Shown here: positions 13,201 to 26,400 of the stretch, piece by piece
Layout: the number at the start of each line of letters is the position of its first letter
Numbering within the stretch: the stretch's first letter is position 1
Source: Tubulanus polymorphus
Taxonomy: Eukaryota; Animalia; Nemertea
DNA: 64,000 bases
Direction: 5' to 3'
NCBI RefSeq assembly: GCF_964204645.1
Contig: NC_134035.1
Span: 13,052,451 to 13,116,450, forward strand
The notes under the pieces: generated by a model
Seen by the model: only the letters and a program-made list of their open reading frames with translations
Databases searched by the model: none
What the model was told of the DNA's origin: nothing
Program-made: the position numbers and the translations under genes

Positions 13201-16200
13201 TTGATCATGTTTTGTGATCATCCTTATTGCGACTTTACGTTTTAAATGTATAAATATTCAAAACAGCTATCCATCGATAGCTTTGTGGTGGTTGAATCTT
13301 TGAAATGTCGCTGGTGTTGGTACATTGTATAGATTGTAATATATGTCGGTGAAATGGGATTGATCATGTTTTGTGATCATCCTTATAACGACTTAACTTT
13401 TTAAATGTATAAATATTCAAAACAGCTATCGATCGATAGCTTTGTGGTGGTTGAATCTTTGAAATGTCGCTGGTGTTGGTACATTGTATAGATTGTAATA
13501 TATGTCGGTGAAATGGGATTGATCATGTTTTGTGATCATCCTTATTGCGACTTAACATTTTAAATGTATAAATATTCAAAACAGCTATCCATCGATAGCT
13601 TTGTGGTGGTTGAATCTTTGAAATGTCGCTGGTGTTGGTACATTGTATAGATTGTAATATATGTCGGTGAAATGGGATTGATCATGTTTTGTGATCATCC
13701 TTATTGCGACTTAACGTTTTAAATGTATAAATATTCAAAACAGCTATCCATCGATAGCTTTGTGGTGGTTGAATCATTGAAATAATGCTGGTGTTGGTTC
13801 TCTGTGTATACTGTATCAGCAAATATTATCACATTACGCATTTTAAAAGTGTTATACTCAAAGATGCTATTGTTTGATTGCTTCACTTTGGTTCCTTGCA
13901 CCTGAAGGTTGTTAACTGTCATATAGAAACGTGACAAACAAACTGATTTGTCAGTGTGTTACAAGACTGATGACCTCCTTTAATACTGCTGCTTTCTGCT
14001 GCGTGTTAATTAATAAACATAAACTCTGTTTTGGGGTGATATTGAGTTCAGGAGTCTCCTCCTTCCTTCTTCAACTGTCATGTAGAAACGTGACTAACAA
14101 ACTGAATTATCAGTGTGTTACATCACTGACGACCTTCTTTAATCCTGCTGCTTGCTGGTGGTGTTAATTTTTAGCACCTTCCATGAACTTCTTGAATTAT
14201 TACATTAAACCTTATTACAATAAGAATTATTACATTAAACATTATAACATCATGAATCATCCTCCTTAAATACTGCTGCTTGCTGCTGGCTCTGTTTTGG
14301 GGTGATATTGATCGCAGGAGTCTTTTCCTTCCTTCTACAACTGTCATGTGGAAACGTGACAAACGAACTGAATTGTCAGTGTGTTACAACACTGATGACC
14401 TCCTTTAATACTGCTGCTTGCTGCTGGGTATTAATTCTTGCCTTCTTCCCTGAACTTCTTGAATTATTACATTAAACATTATTACAATAAGAATTATTAC
14501 ATTTAACATTATAACATCATGAATCATCCTCCTTAAATACTGCTGCTTGCTGCTGGCTCTGTATTGGGGTGATATTAAGTTCAGGAGTCTCCTCCTTCCT
14601 TCTTCAACTGTCATGTAGAAACGTGACAAACAAACTGAATTATCAGTGTGTTACAACACTGATGACCTCCTTTAATACTGCTGCTTGCTGCTGGGTATTA
14701 ATTAATACACTCTGTTTTGGGGTGATATTGAGTGCAGGAGTCTCATCCTTCCTTCTTCAACTGTCATGTAGAAACGTGACAAACAAACTGAATTGTCAGT
14801 GTGTTACAACACTGATGACCTCCTTAAATACTGCTGCTTGCTGCTGGGTGTTAATTAATCCACTCAGTTCAGGGGTGACATTGATTTTTGCCGAGTTTTG
14901 CTCCCTGATCATCCTTATTGCGACTTAACGTTTTAATTGTATAAATATTCAAAACAGCTATCCATCGATAGATTTGTGGTGGTTGAATCATTGAAATGTC
15001 GCTGGTGTTGGTACATTGTATATATTGTAATATATGTCGGTGAAATGGGATTGATCATGTTTCCTGATCATCCTTATTGCGACTTTACGTTTTAAATGTA
15101 TAAATATTCAAAACAGCTATCCATCGATAGCTTTGTGGTGGTTGAATCATTGAAATGTCGCTGGTGTTGGTACATTGTATATATTGTAATATATGTCGGT
15201 GAATTGGGACTGATTATGTTTCCTAATCGTCCTCATTATGACTTTACGTTTTAAATGTATAAATATTCAAAACAGCTATCCATCGATAGCTTTGTGGTGG
15301 TTGAATCATTGAAATGTCGCTGGTGTTGGTACATTGTATATATTGTAATATATGTCGGTGAATTGGGATTGATTATGTTTCCTGATCGTCCTTATTGCGA
15401 CTTTACATTTTGAATATATGAATATTCAAAGCAGCTATCCATCGATAGCTTTGTGGTGGTTGAATCTTTGAAATGTCGCTGGTGTTGGTTCTGTATATAT
15501 ATTGTAATATATGTCGGTGAATTGGGACTGATTTTGTTTCCTAATCGTCCTCATTATGACTTTACATTTTGAATATATGAATATTCAAAACAGCTATCCA
15601 TCGATAGCTTTGTGGTGGTTGAATCATTGAAATGTCGCTGGTGTTGGTACATTGTATATATTGTAATATATGTCGGTGAAATGGGATTGATCATGTTTTG
15701 TGATTGTCCTTATTGCGACTTAACGTTTTAAATGTATAAATATTCAAAGCAGCTATCCATCGATAGCTTTGTGGTGGTTGAATCATTGAAATGTCGGTGG
15801 TGTTGGTACATTGTATATATTGTAATATATGTCGGTGAATTGGGATTGATTATGTTTCCTGATCGTCCTTATTGCGACTTTACATTTTGAATATATGAAT
15901 ATTCAAAGCAGCTATCCATCGATAGCTTTGTGGTGGTTGAATCTTTGAAATGTCGCTGGTGTTGGTTCTGTATATATATTGTAATATATGTCGGTGAATT
16001 GGGACTGATTTTGTTTCCTAATCGTCCTCATTATGACTTTACATTTTGAATATATGAATATTCAAAACAGCTATCCATCGATAGCTTTGTGGTGGTTGAA
16101 TCATTGAAATGTCGCTGGTGTTGGTACATTGTATATATTGTAATATATGTCGGTGAATTGGGACTGATTATGTTTCCTAATCGTCCTTATTATGACTTTA

Positions 16201-16900
16201 CGTTTTAAATGTATAAATATTCAAAACAGCTATCCATCGATAGCTTTGTGGTGGTTGTATCATTGAAATAATGCAGATATTGGTTCTCTGTATATATTGT
16301 AGCAGCAAATTATTATTATATTATGGATCTTAAAAGTGCTATACTTGAAGATGCTATATTTTGATAGCTTCACTTTGGTTCCTTGCACCTGAAGGTTGTT
16401 AACTGTCATATAGAAACGTGACAAACAAACTGATTTGTCAGTGTGTTACAAGACTGATGGCCTCCTTTAATACTGCTGCTTGCTGCTGCGTGTTAATTGA
16501 TACACTCTGTTTTGGGGTGATATTGAGTGCAGGAGTCTCCTCCTTCCTTCTTCAACTGTCATGTAGAAACGTGACTAACAAACTGAATTGTCAGTGCGTT
16601 ACAACACTGATGACCTCCTTTAATACTGCTCTTTGCGGCTGGGTGTTAATAAGTACACTCTGTTTTGGGGTGATATTGAGTGCAGGAGTCTCCTCCTTCC
16701 TTCTTCAACTGTCATGTAGAAACGTGACTAACAAACTGAATTGTCAGTGTGTTACAACACTGATGACCTCCTTTAATACTGCAGCTTGCTGGTGCGTGTT
16801 AATTCTTGCCTCCTTCCCTGAACTACTTGAATTATTGCATTAAACATTATTACAATAAAAAGTATTCCATTAAACATTATTACATCATGAACTATTACAT
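7270..16900. repeat. Higher-order composite satellite: [147/132-bp array + 159-bp array + ~150-bp linker] x3, plus a partial fourth
   Basis: A arrays (ctctgttttggggtgatattgag...ctgatgacctcctttaatactgctgc) at ~7270-9050, 10720-12580, 13930-14900 and 16415-16900. B arrays (ttgcgactttacgttttaaatg...cagctatccatcgatagct) at ~9050-10570, 12580-13780 and 14900-16270. Confidence 0.95.
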
Positions 16901-17364
16901 AATTACATTATCAAATTACACATTATTTTACAAAACACTGATGGTGAATTACTGCTAAATCAATTGGTGGTGATGAAAGTTAAGTGTTACAAAACACTTC
17001 AGTGTTAAAATATAGATTTAGTGATCCCTCCCTTCCCCTCTTGAATTGTCAAGTTAATTGTGACATAAACTGATTTGTAAGTGACTTAAGGCTGGGGTGA
17101 TATTGGGGTTTAATGCCTTCCCCTCCTTCCCCTTCTTGAATTGACAATTAAATAGTGACATAAAGTGAATTGTTAGTGACTTGATTGTATTACTCCACTT
17201 AAGGAGTGATAAAATTGTCAGCGTCTTTACTCTGATGATGAGGTAAACCAGTTTCTAAGTTGTGAGCTGACAGTGTAAAAAACTGTTAGAATTCAAATTG
17301 CTTTAAACATCTTCAGAAAGATGGTTGATCATCGTAAACACTGGTGAAAACAATTGACATCTCA

Positions 17365-17490
17365 ATTTGCACTTGATGTCCCAATTTACACTTGACGTCC
17401 CACTTTGCACTTGACGTCCCAATTTGCACTTGGCGTTTCACTTTGCACTTGACGTCTCACTATGCACTTGCACCGATGCATCACTTGCAC
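17365..17490. repeat. ~21-bp minisatellite
   Basis: tttgcacttgacgtccca variants, about 6 copies. Confidence 0.75.
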
Positions 17491-17879
17491 TAAACAGCAC
17501 TGGCACACCCGCGGGTCCATGCGCATGGTTAGCAAATTGATAAGCATGCAGCATGCCATCTTTGTGTGTGGAAATAATTTACAAACAGCTGTGAGTTTGA
17601 AATTAAGAAACGTATTATTTGTATCATTCTTTGTAAAATCTCTAATAACGATGATGTAAAGAAAAACATAATATCAATTTTATGATGGTAAAAATGTCAA
17701 ATAATTAAATATCAATTTGTAAAACGAGAGGAAAGAGAAAGATGAAAGTACCAGAAAGAGAAGTGTTGGATTGGTGTCTGTTGTCAGTAGAAATCTGAGG
17801 TACTCTACTGAGGAATCTCCACGCCCCAAACAGAAAGTTCAAGATGATACTGAAAGTTCCTGAGGTTCTTAGAAATTTC

Positions 17880-19230
17880 ACTAAGTAAAGACTATAAATC
17901 AGGTATAGTATAAATTGCTATGAATTTCTTTGTAGATAAGAATGTTCTCAACTAGGACTGTTAGTTAGTATTACATGTATTTCATATTTCCCTGTTGTAG
18001 CGTGTATTGATTTGGTCGGCAAGTACAAAATACCAAACGATTGACAGGAAACATCCAGGATTGTTCCAGTTGTCATTGAGAAATATTTAAGGTGTCATGA
18101 GTCTGAATTGACTATAAATCAGGTAAAATTATACTTGATATGAACTTCTTTGCAGGAACAGTCGACTTAAAGAAGATGGTTACATTTATTTTATGTATTT
18201 TTGTTGTAGCCAGCGGACTGTTGTTGTTAGAGACGCTCAAAACCAGAGGAAAGGAAACATCAGAGTTCAGGAAGTGTTGAGCAAATTCCTCAAGGTCCGA
18301 GTCATGAATCTCAATTGACTATAAATCAGGTATAATTGAAATTTATTCTTTAAGTTTCTTTTTTAAGAAGAGTCTTAAAAATGATATCATTATTCATATT
18401 TTGTGTTTTATTGTAGTATTGAGCTTGTGGTTGGCTGTAGAATATCAGACGACAGGAAAAGATCAGATCAGAGATGCCGACCAATTTCCCTGTCAAATCT
18501 GGACTTCTTTCAGTGTTTGTATGCAGAAATCAGAGATATTCTTGGGGGATCTCGACATCAAACCGAAAGTTCGAGAAGATATGAACAGTAGCTGAGGTTC
18601 TGAGCTATTTCTCATGCTCATGTGTTTAGATTCAAGTCATGAGTTTAGATTGACGATTAATCAGGTAAAATTGAACTTGATATGAATTTCTTTGCAGGAA
18701 CAGTCGACTCAATGAAGATGGTTACTACTTTTATTTTATGTATTTTTGTTGTAGCCAGTGGACTGTTGTTGGTTGTTGTAAGTGGCGTGCAAAACCAGAG
18801 GAAACGAAAACATCAGAGTTCACAAAGTGTTGAGCTAATTCCTCAAGGTTCGAGTCATGAATCTGAGTTGACTATAAATCAGGTAAAATTGAAATTAGAT
18901 GAATTTTGTTTTTATGAAGAGTCTTATGAATGAAAATCATAGTTTATTTAGTACATTGTTATTGCAGTTAGTATTGAGTTATTCGTCACACAATACCAGA
19001 TATCAAGATGGAAACGATTCCAATGATCAATTTCCTCATGAAGAAATGAGTCACGAGCCTTAATCGACTAAAAATCAGGTATAATTGAAATTTATTTTGA
19101 AGAAGTCTCAAAAATGATATCATTATTCATATTTTGTGTTTTGTCATTGTAGTATTGAGCTTGCGGTTGGCTGTAGAATATCAGACGACAGGAAAAGATC
19201 AAATCAGAGATGTTGAACAATTTCCCCGTC
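17880..19230 (+). other. Repeated exon/intron-like modules (decayed gene or spliced non-coding locus)
   Basis: Six gactataaatcag|gta donor-like sites (17902, 18122, 18329, 18664, 18882, 19078), each followed ~75-100 bp later by a tt(g)tag/ttgcag acceptor-like site. No consistent reading frame. Confidence 0.45.
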
Positions 19231-19652
19231 AATTCGGGACTTTCAGTGATTGTTACCACGAGTTAGCGCAGTAGAGTTCCAGAGATGCCGACCAATTTCT
19301 CTGTCAAATCGGGACTTACAGTGTTTGTTACCGCGAGTTATCGGTAGTTCCAGAGATGCCGACCAATTTCTCCGTCAAATCGGGACTTTCAGTGTTTGTT
19401 ACCGCGAGTTAGCCTAGTTCCAGAGATGCCGACCAATTTCTCCATCAAATCGGGACTTTCAGTGTTTGTTACCGTGAGTTAGCGTAGTTCCAGAGATGCC
19501 GACCAATTTCTCCGTCAAATCGGGACTTTCAGTGTTTGTTACCGCGAGTTAGCCTAGTTCCAGAGATGCCGACCAATTTCTCCGTCAAATCGGGACTTTC
19601 AGTGTTTGTTGCCGCGAGTTATCGTGGTCCAGAGATGCCGACCAATTTCTCT
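19205..19652. repeat. 70-bp tandem repeat, about 6.5 copies
   Basis: Unit ccagagatgccgaccaatttctccgtcaaatcgggactttcagtgtttgttaccgcgagttagcctagtt at 19350, 19420, 19490 and 19560. Confidence 0.9.
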
Positions 19653-20170
19653 GAGGCTGATAGCTTCAGTATAGGTTGAATGTAAATACACATTGTACAT
19701 CTATTGAAAAATAAATATGAATGATGGTTTGATTGGCTGGTTTGTTGTTGAATCTGATTGTGGGTTATTAATTACTGATTTGCTGCGACTTTGCGTTTTG
19801 GGTGTAAATGTTTCAAGGGGCTTCTCTTGCTTGTTTTTGTGCTTGTTAAATGATTTCTGAAATATAGTTGTATGTGCTGTATATGTGGAGATTTTGTACT
19901 TGTGACTGCGTTTGTAAATACATTAATTTCTTTAAAATGTTTTTGTGTTCTATCTCATTCTGAGGATGTTGAACTCAAGATTCTCAGTTTGATCTATACT
20001 TGTTTGTTGGTTTGATCAATACATTGATTTTATGGTGTTTGATTATTGGTTGAACTATTGTTTATCAATACATATCGAACTACACTAACCAATAGTTGTT
20101 GTAACATCAGTATCACTAGTGGTCAGTTGTTCGCTACAAATTATATGTGTTACTTTTTCTTCATATAATG

Positions 20171-20420
20171 TACAGTGGACTCTCTGTTAACTGGAATCAT
20201 TTCAAGTCTAATTAAGACTATCTAATCCTTAAGACACGGATTAGAGTGTTTCATTCGACTAATTTCAAGTCTCGTTACTTACATCTTGGAGTAATCATTC
20301 TCCAAGCTTACACCAACCCAGACATAAACACATTGAACTATTGCATTGAAGTTCTATTGTCTACAGGTGACAAGAACTATCGCCTTGTCTTAATTGATTC
20401 CAGTTAGAAGTCTATTGTAC
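20171..20420. mobile_element. Tc1/mariner-type MITE remnant
   Basis: TA-CAGTGGACT...AGTCTATTG-TA ends with an imperfect TIR (taactggaatca / tgattccagtta). A second similar element lies at ~20464-20605. Confidence 0.5.
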
Positions 20421-20984
20421 ATGGATTATTTTTGCTCTGTAAGTGAATAAATGAAGTTAAGTGTACAGTTGAACCTCATTAATACGATTCTGTCCCAGCT
20501 AAAATATTTATATCAATGCAGATTTGGATGATATAAAACCTGGTTATTACATGTACGACAATTACACTTTTGCCCTCAAGTGTTTAACGGAAAGGTTCCA
20601 TTGTACAATAAGAATTTCAAACCACTCTCAATGTGGTAGAGACTTTCTTTTTTTACAACTTTGAATTACTCCAAAGTTTCCTTAATGCATGTACCGATCT
20701 GCAGTCTGGCACTGCCCTATCTGAGGATGCTCCAGTAACAACCCATACCATTGAGACGTCCGTTTAGACTAGTAATGATGCAGAATAGAGGATGTACAGG
20801 TGATCTATTTACTGATTCTGAGTGACCTGTATAATGCATGTATGATAAACGGGGGATTCCTGAGCTCGAGTCCGGTCTATTGGTACTGATTCTGAGTGAA
20901 CTGAATACTGTTAGATATTAAACGAGGGTATCCCGGGTTCGGAACTCGGTCTATTGGTTCTGAGTGACGGGGTGCGCTGCATTC

Positions 20985-21605
20985 ATCATACCGAGGATAC
21001 CTGTCTCAGGGCGTGTCATCCTCCCAGTTACCTGCGTCGATACCGAGGATACCCGTCTCACGGCATGTTAGACCAAAGGTTACCTGTGATACCGAGGATA
21101 CCCGTCTCACGGCATGTTAGACCAAAGGTTACCTGTGATACCGAGGATACCCGTCTCACGGCCTATGAGATCCCAGGTTACTGATACCGGGGATACCTGT
21201 CTCACGGCATGTTAGACCAAAGGTTACCTGTGATACCGAGGATACCCGTCTCACGGCCTATGAGATCCCAGGTTACTGATACCGGGGATACCTGTCTCAC
21301 GGCATGTTAGACCAAATGTTACCCGTGATACCGAGGATACCGAGGATACCCGTCTCACGGCATGTTAGACCAAAGGTTACCTGTGATACCAACGATACCG
21401 AGGATACCCGTCTCACGGCATGTTAGACCAAAGGTTACCTGTGATACCGAGGATACCTGTCTCGCGGCCTATGAGATCCCAGGTTACCTGTGATACCAAC
21501 GATACCGAGGATACCCGTCTCACGGCATGTTAGACCAAAGGTTACCTGTGATACCGAGGATACCTGTCTCACGGCCTATGAGATCCCAGGTTACTGATAC
21601 CGGGT
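20985..21605. repeat. ~49-bp GC-rich tandem repeat, about 12 copies in two variants
   Basis: gataccgaggatacccgtctcacggcatgttagaccaaaggttacctgt interspersed with the ...cggcctatgagatcccaggttac variant. Confidence 0.9.
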
Positions 21606-22486
21606 TCCAGCTCAGATGTAACGAAATGACTGAACGCAAGAGTGTAAATTATATACGTTGAGTTTATTTGGGGTTCCAGATGAGAGAGATAGAGTGAGAA
21701 ATCAGGGTACACATGCTTTGATAAATACCGGCGTAAGAAGCCGGGGTCCCATGACCTTTTATAAAACAAATCGGGCCAAATTTTCACAGGATGTCAAATT
21801 TTTCCTCATGTACGTGTGTTCAGTATTTCATCTGAAATATTTTGGAAATAAGCTACGGTGACAACCTTTAGAATTGAAGTGCAAGTAATCTATTTTTGCG
21901 ATGACGTCGATATTATTTAACGTTTTATAAATCGAAAGTTTCTATCGCACAGGATTGCAAAGTGGATTTATTCCTAATTAGGGTTGTAATGCACACTTTT
22001 AATCAATTATCATATAGATATAATCTCGGCCGCATAAATCATCCGGCGCGCAGCCCGCAGTATTATTTCGTAGAAATTCCGCTAGGGGACCATACATGAA
22101 TATTTCATGATCATTCTCAAGACGCAGCGAGTTTAGGTGCCGTGTCTCTGTCTGCGGCTTTAGAGGTGTCATCCGGTAGACGATCCTGACTGCGCATACT
22201 CGATAATTACTATTTATCGAAAGAAAACGATTTTTTACATGAAATTAATTTCGTAAAAAATTCCTTCACAATCAAAAATCATAAAATCTTAGATGGTACT
22301 TCTAGAACCGCCTTTCTTTCTCAAAGATTCCTTTTCCAAATGAAACGATTTTGAAAGAGAAATCGACAAGACGAAACAGTATTTTGTTTATAATCAAAAA
22401 CTCTCAATGCATATTTTCCCCTCATCGATTCTTTATTGCTTGAATTTCGAACGAATAAAATGAATTCGATAAGGAATTTGTGTCAG

Positions 22487-22563
22487 TGAGTCATGTAATG
22501 AGTGGTCACATGATTGATCAATCTGCAACATTTCTCTATATAGAGTGAGTTAGTGACGTCACT
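22487..22563 (+). promoter_or_regulatory. Putative SHOC2 promoter motifs (AP-1, E-box, CRE)
   Basis: TGAGTCA at 22487, GTCACATGA at ~22505 and palindromic AGTGACGTCACT at 22552-22563, just before a CpG-rich region leading to the ATG. Function is inferred. Confidence 0.4.
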
Positions 22564-23456
22564 GTCAGCACCAGGGTTCTGCTGTATCGTCTAGGTTCTC
22601 CTCTCTCTTCTCTCTCCTCTCTCTCAGTTTCGGGGAATTCCTACTGGTTACTGCGTGTTCGCCCGTCCTGCGTCGAATAACGAGCGTCGTTGAGCCGGTT
22701 CTGGTAAACTGACGGGACGAAGGGTTCTTCAACGGAGCACGCAGACTCAAACAGTCGCCACCACCACACGGTGCAGCTTCCATCCAGCAGTCCTCTCTCA
22801 TCTCAGTCAGTCTCACTCGAGCGATGCCGATGGTTCCAACAACGTCAACAGTGAAAATTCGGGTGCCCAAATATTAGTTGACTGCAGTGTCAGGCTCTTT
22901 CACTGACAGACAGTAGTAACACTCATATACATAATCACTTGTTGTATGTCACACTGTTATTGATTTCGGAATTATCTACTACCGCATTGCCATTACTGGC
23001 CTAGCCCTTGATTTGCCGATTGGAGTCCACCATCCTATCCATGTTTTAAACATTCCGGTTTATTTGACCTCGGCGGAAGTTTCCGATGACGGGAAATTTT
23101 TTTAAAAGTCGATGTTTACGTATTTCTATTTTTTATACGTTTGTGAATTTTTTTTTTTTCAGAACGTGGAATAACAATCGCGCGTACTCTCGATCGGTCG
23201 TCGTGGTGACATGATTAACTCGAAGAAACGATCGCAAAAACGATTTCCGTCGCCGAAATGTCGTCGCTTCGTAGAATGCTGAGAACGTCTTAGAAACAAA
23301 AAAAAAAATCTCATCGGATTCTGGATTAATTTTCCCGCGCGTTAATCGACAATGTGCCACGGTCGCTCGTGGTGATATCGACGTAATTACAATTATAGGA
23401 TAAATATATTTATAAATATCGTCGTAATAAATAAATAGTCGATTGAGGATTTAAAA

Positions 23457-26400
23457 ATGATGCGTAGAGGGAGTAAACCTCGTGAACCGACGTCGTCGTC
23501 GGCCGCTGAACGTCTAGCCGATTACCGCGGTGAAACTGTTACATCGTCGCTCCCGACAACCGCGTGTAATATACAACAATGTTCTACCGGCGTGGCCGGA
23601 GCCGCGGCCGGTTCCGGGAATAGTTCTAGTTCACCGGGTTCGCCGGAAATAGAGGGCGCTGTAGGTGCGTTAAGTACGAGTCCCGCCAGTAATGTGGTTG
23701 ATATAGCGACTGGTGTTGAATCGTTACAGTTAGGAAGAGATTCATTCAGTAAGGTACGTCATCTATCAGTATCAATGTATGTGTGTATGTCACTGTATGT
23801 CTCAGCACCATGTGTTTGTCAAGTATGTGTGTATGTCATCTATCATTTGTGTGTATGTCACGTATCATGCGTGTGTATGTCACGTATCATATGTGTGTGT
23901 CAGGTATGTGTATGTCGATGTATATGTATGTCTATCGGTGTATGTCTATAGGGAGATCATGTCTAACTCTCCTCAGTTCGCAGTTTTAAATCAATTAATC
24001 TTTTTTTGATTGATTAATCTTTTTTCTGTGGTTTTGCGTTACATGAGTTTGGTGTGTAGGCCTACTTATATTGAACATTTCGCTGATCGGAGTTCTTTGT
24101 CGTTTGACTGTGTATGTTCATCATTCTGGATTCAGTTCCGCTGTTAAGTTCCATGGTTAAGTTTGACTAAAAAGTTTAAGAGTTCATTTTCAATGTTTTC
24201 AAACTTTGTAGTCAAATTTAAATCCAAAACCGAGAAACCGAATCATTGGACCCATATTTTGATAGATAAACATTTTGGGGGCTGTGTCATTTCAATTTCG
24301 TTGATAAATAAATTTTGCGTTTTAATTTTTTGACTTACCCACAAGAATTGTTCAGGATACGAGTTGAATTTTCTCATTTTCCTATGAAAGAAATGCCGGC
24401 AGATTTCTTCTTAAACGCGACTTGTATCTCGTCGTAAACCTGCGTCATTTTCAAAACTGTTATCGTTTCTTGTTAAATATCGCGAATAATAAGAGATCAA
24501 AGGCCGATTGTTTATGGGTCATCGAAGACTTGTTTTATCAGGTAAGATTACAGGTTAACTGTATCTAATAGTAAAGTCGCCATTATAAAATGTGCTTCAG
24601 AAATATGGAGTTTATCGGATAAAGTTCATTAGAATCTTCTGCGTTATATAAAATGGATTCTGATTTGCCTATTGTGGTCAGTAGTAATTATTAAGTTCAT
24701 TTATTAGATTATTTACACTGAGAAAAGCCGCTGGGGCCAGTTCCATAGTCATGGCTTAGACCTAAAACCAATCTAAGACCAACTTAGTTCTTAATAGTCG
24801 ATCTAACAACTTGAGATTAGTCATAAGATTTAAGACAACTTTTGCTCTATGGCCCCTGGGGCTTGTTGCATAGTCATGGCTTAGACTTCAGGGGGCCATT
24901 TCCATAGTCATGGCTTAGACTTAAGACTATTTTAGTTATATAGCCAATGTAACAGCTTAAGACCAGTCTCAAGATTTAAGACCACTTTTGGACTTTGGTC
25001 TCGACTATGGAACCGGCCCGGGCCAGTTGCACAGTCGTGACTTAAGCCCAAAAGTGGTCTTAAATCTTAAGACTGGTCTTAAGCTGTTATATTGGCTATA
25101 GATCTTATTTGGTCTTAGACTGGTCTTAAGTCTAAGCCATGACTGTGCAACTAGTCCCAGGCTAGTCTAAGACAAACTTAGTTCTATAGCCAATCTAACA
25201 ACTTAAGACCAGTCTTAAGATTTAAGACAACTTTTGGACTTAAGTCACGACTGTGCAACTAGCCCCTGATTTTAGACCTCTTCCCCTCCACGGTCCTCAT
25301 TGATACACGTACAGTCTAAGTCACTCTAGTTGTTACGATTTATTTTAATGATCGCTTATAATTGATTAGTAAATTGAGATAGGAATATGACTGGGGATTA
25401 TTGAGAAATAGAGATGAGATGTGACGACTTGAAGCAGCGAGTTTGACTATGAATACTTTTTGAATGGCTGCGGTCATTGTCTTGAAATTGAGAAATACAC
25501 TGTTAATTGAATCTACGAATGCAATACGTATGATTCAGTGATTAAATCGAATGACATTCAATGTGATTTTTAAAACGCGATCAGAAGAATGTCGAAAAGG
25601 GATTGATGTTGAAACAATGCCCTGGAATGCACAATGTCCAATCATTGATTCGGTATTTCTCTCTCTCTCTCGATCAGGTTCAGTGCAGTAGTACTTATAA
25701 AAAATTGAACTTTACTCCCGCGTTTCGCTCGCCCGCGCTGCATTCGTGTTGGCGGAGAAAAAAAAACCTCGAACATATTATTGTTTCATCTGGTTCTGAC
25801 TCATAGTAAACATAATTACATAAAATATTTCCTGTTGTAAAATATTTTGTCTCTGATCAAAAGTTTTGCATGCGGGCGGGCTGACTGGTGGGTTGATACA
25901 CTGTACAGTTAGCCCCTATGGGCACATACGGTTAGCCCCTGTGGGCATGTACAGTTAGCCACTTTTGGACACATACAGTTAGCCCCTGTGGGCACATACA
26001 GTTAGCCACTTTTGGACACATACAGTTAGTCCCGGTGGGCACGTACAGTTAGCCATTTTTGGACACATACAGTTAGCCCCTGTGGGCACGTACAGTTAGC
26101 CATTTTTGGACACATACAGTTAGCCCCTGTGGGTACATATAGAACTTTAACAATGTTTAAGACAGGATAATTCAATTTCCCTGCAATACCATTTCCATGG
26201 TATTTGGAGGGAAAAAATAACGTTGTTTGTAAATATTTACTGAGTGCTTGTTAACGCCATCTGGTGGGATAGCTGCTTGTGTGGTTCCCATTTTATCGAT
26301 AGCCAAAAATATGTAATATATTCCAAAAAACATTCATAATAGATAATTTTTTGGTGAAATCTAATTTGATTTGATTGTATGATATAATGTTATCTGGTTT

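Noticed and set aside
7276-16843. Cys-rich ORFs up to 294 aa (e.g. 8406-9137, 11783-12667)
   Set aside because: They are translations of the 147/132-bp satellite, whose unit length is a multiple of 3. Most start at GTG rather than ATG, many copy differences change amino acids, and no domain is recognisable.
7270-16900. CTGATGA and GAAACGTG in the 147-bp monomer as a hammerhead
   Set aside because: No helix II directly joins the two motifs, the triplet would be the non-cleavable GUG, and GAAAC sits in a separate hairpin.
1640-21605. Regular arrays as CRISPR loci
   Set aside because: The units are head-to-tail without unique spacers, there are no cas genes, and the context is eukaryotic.
22565-23360. 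Minus-strand ORFs upstream of SHOC2
   Set aside because: They have non-ATG starts and no recognisable domain, and are better explained as the CpG-rich SHOC2 5' region.
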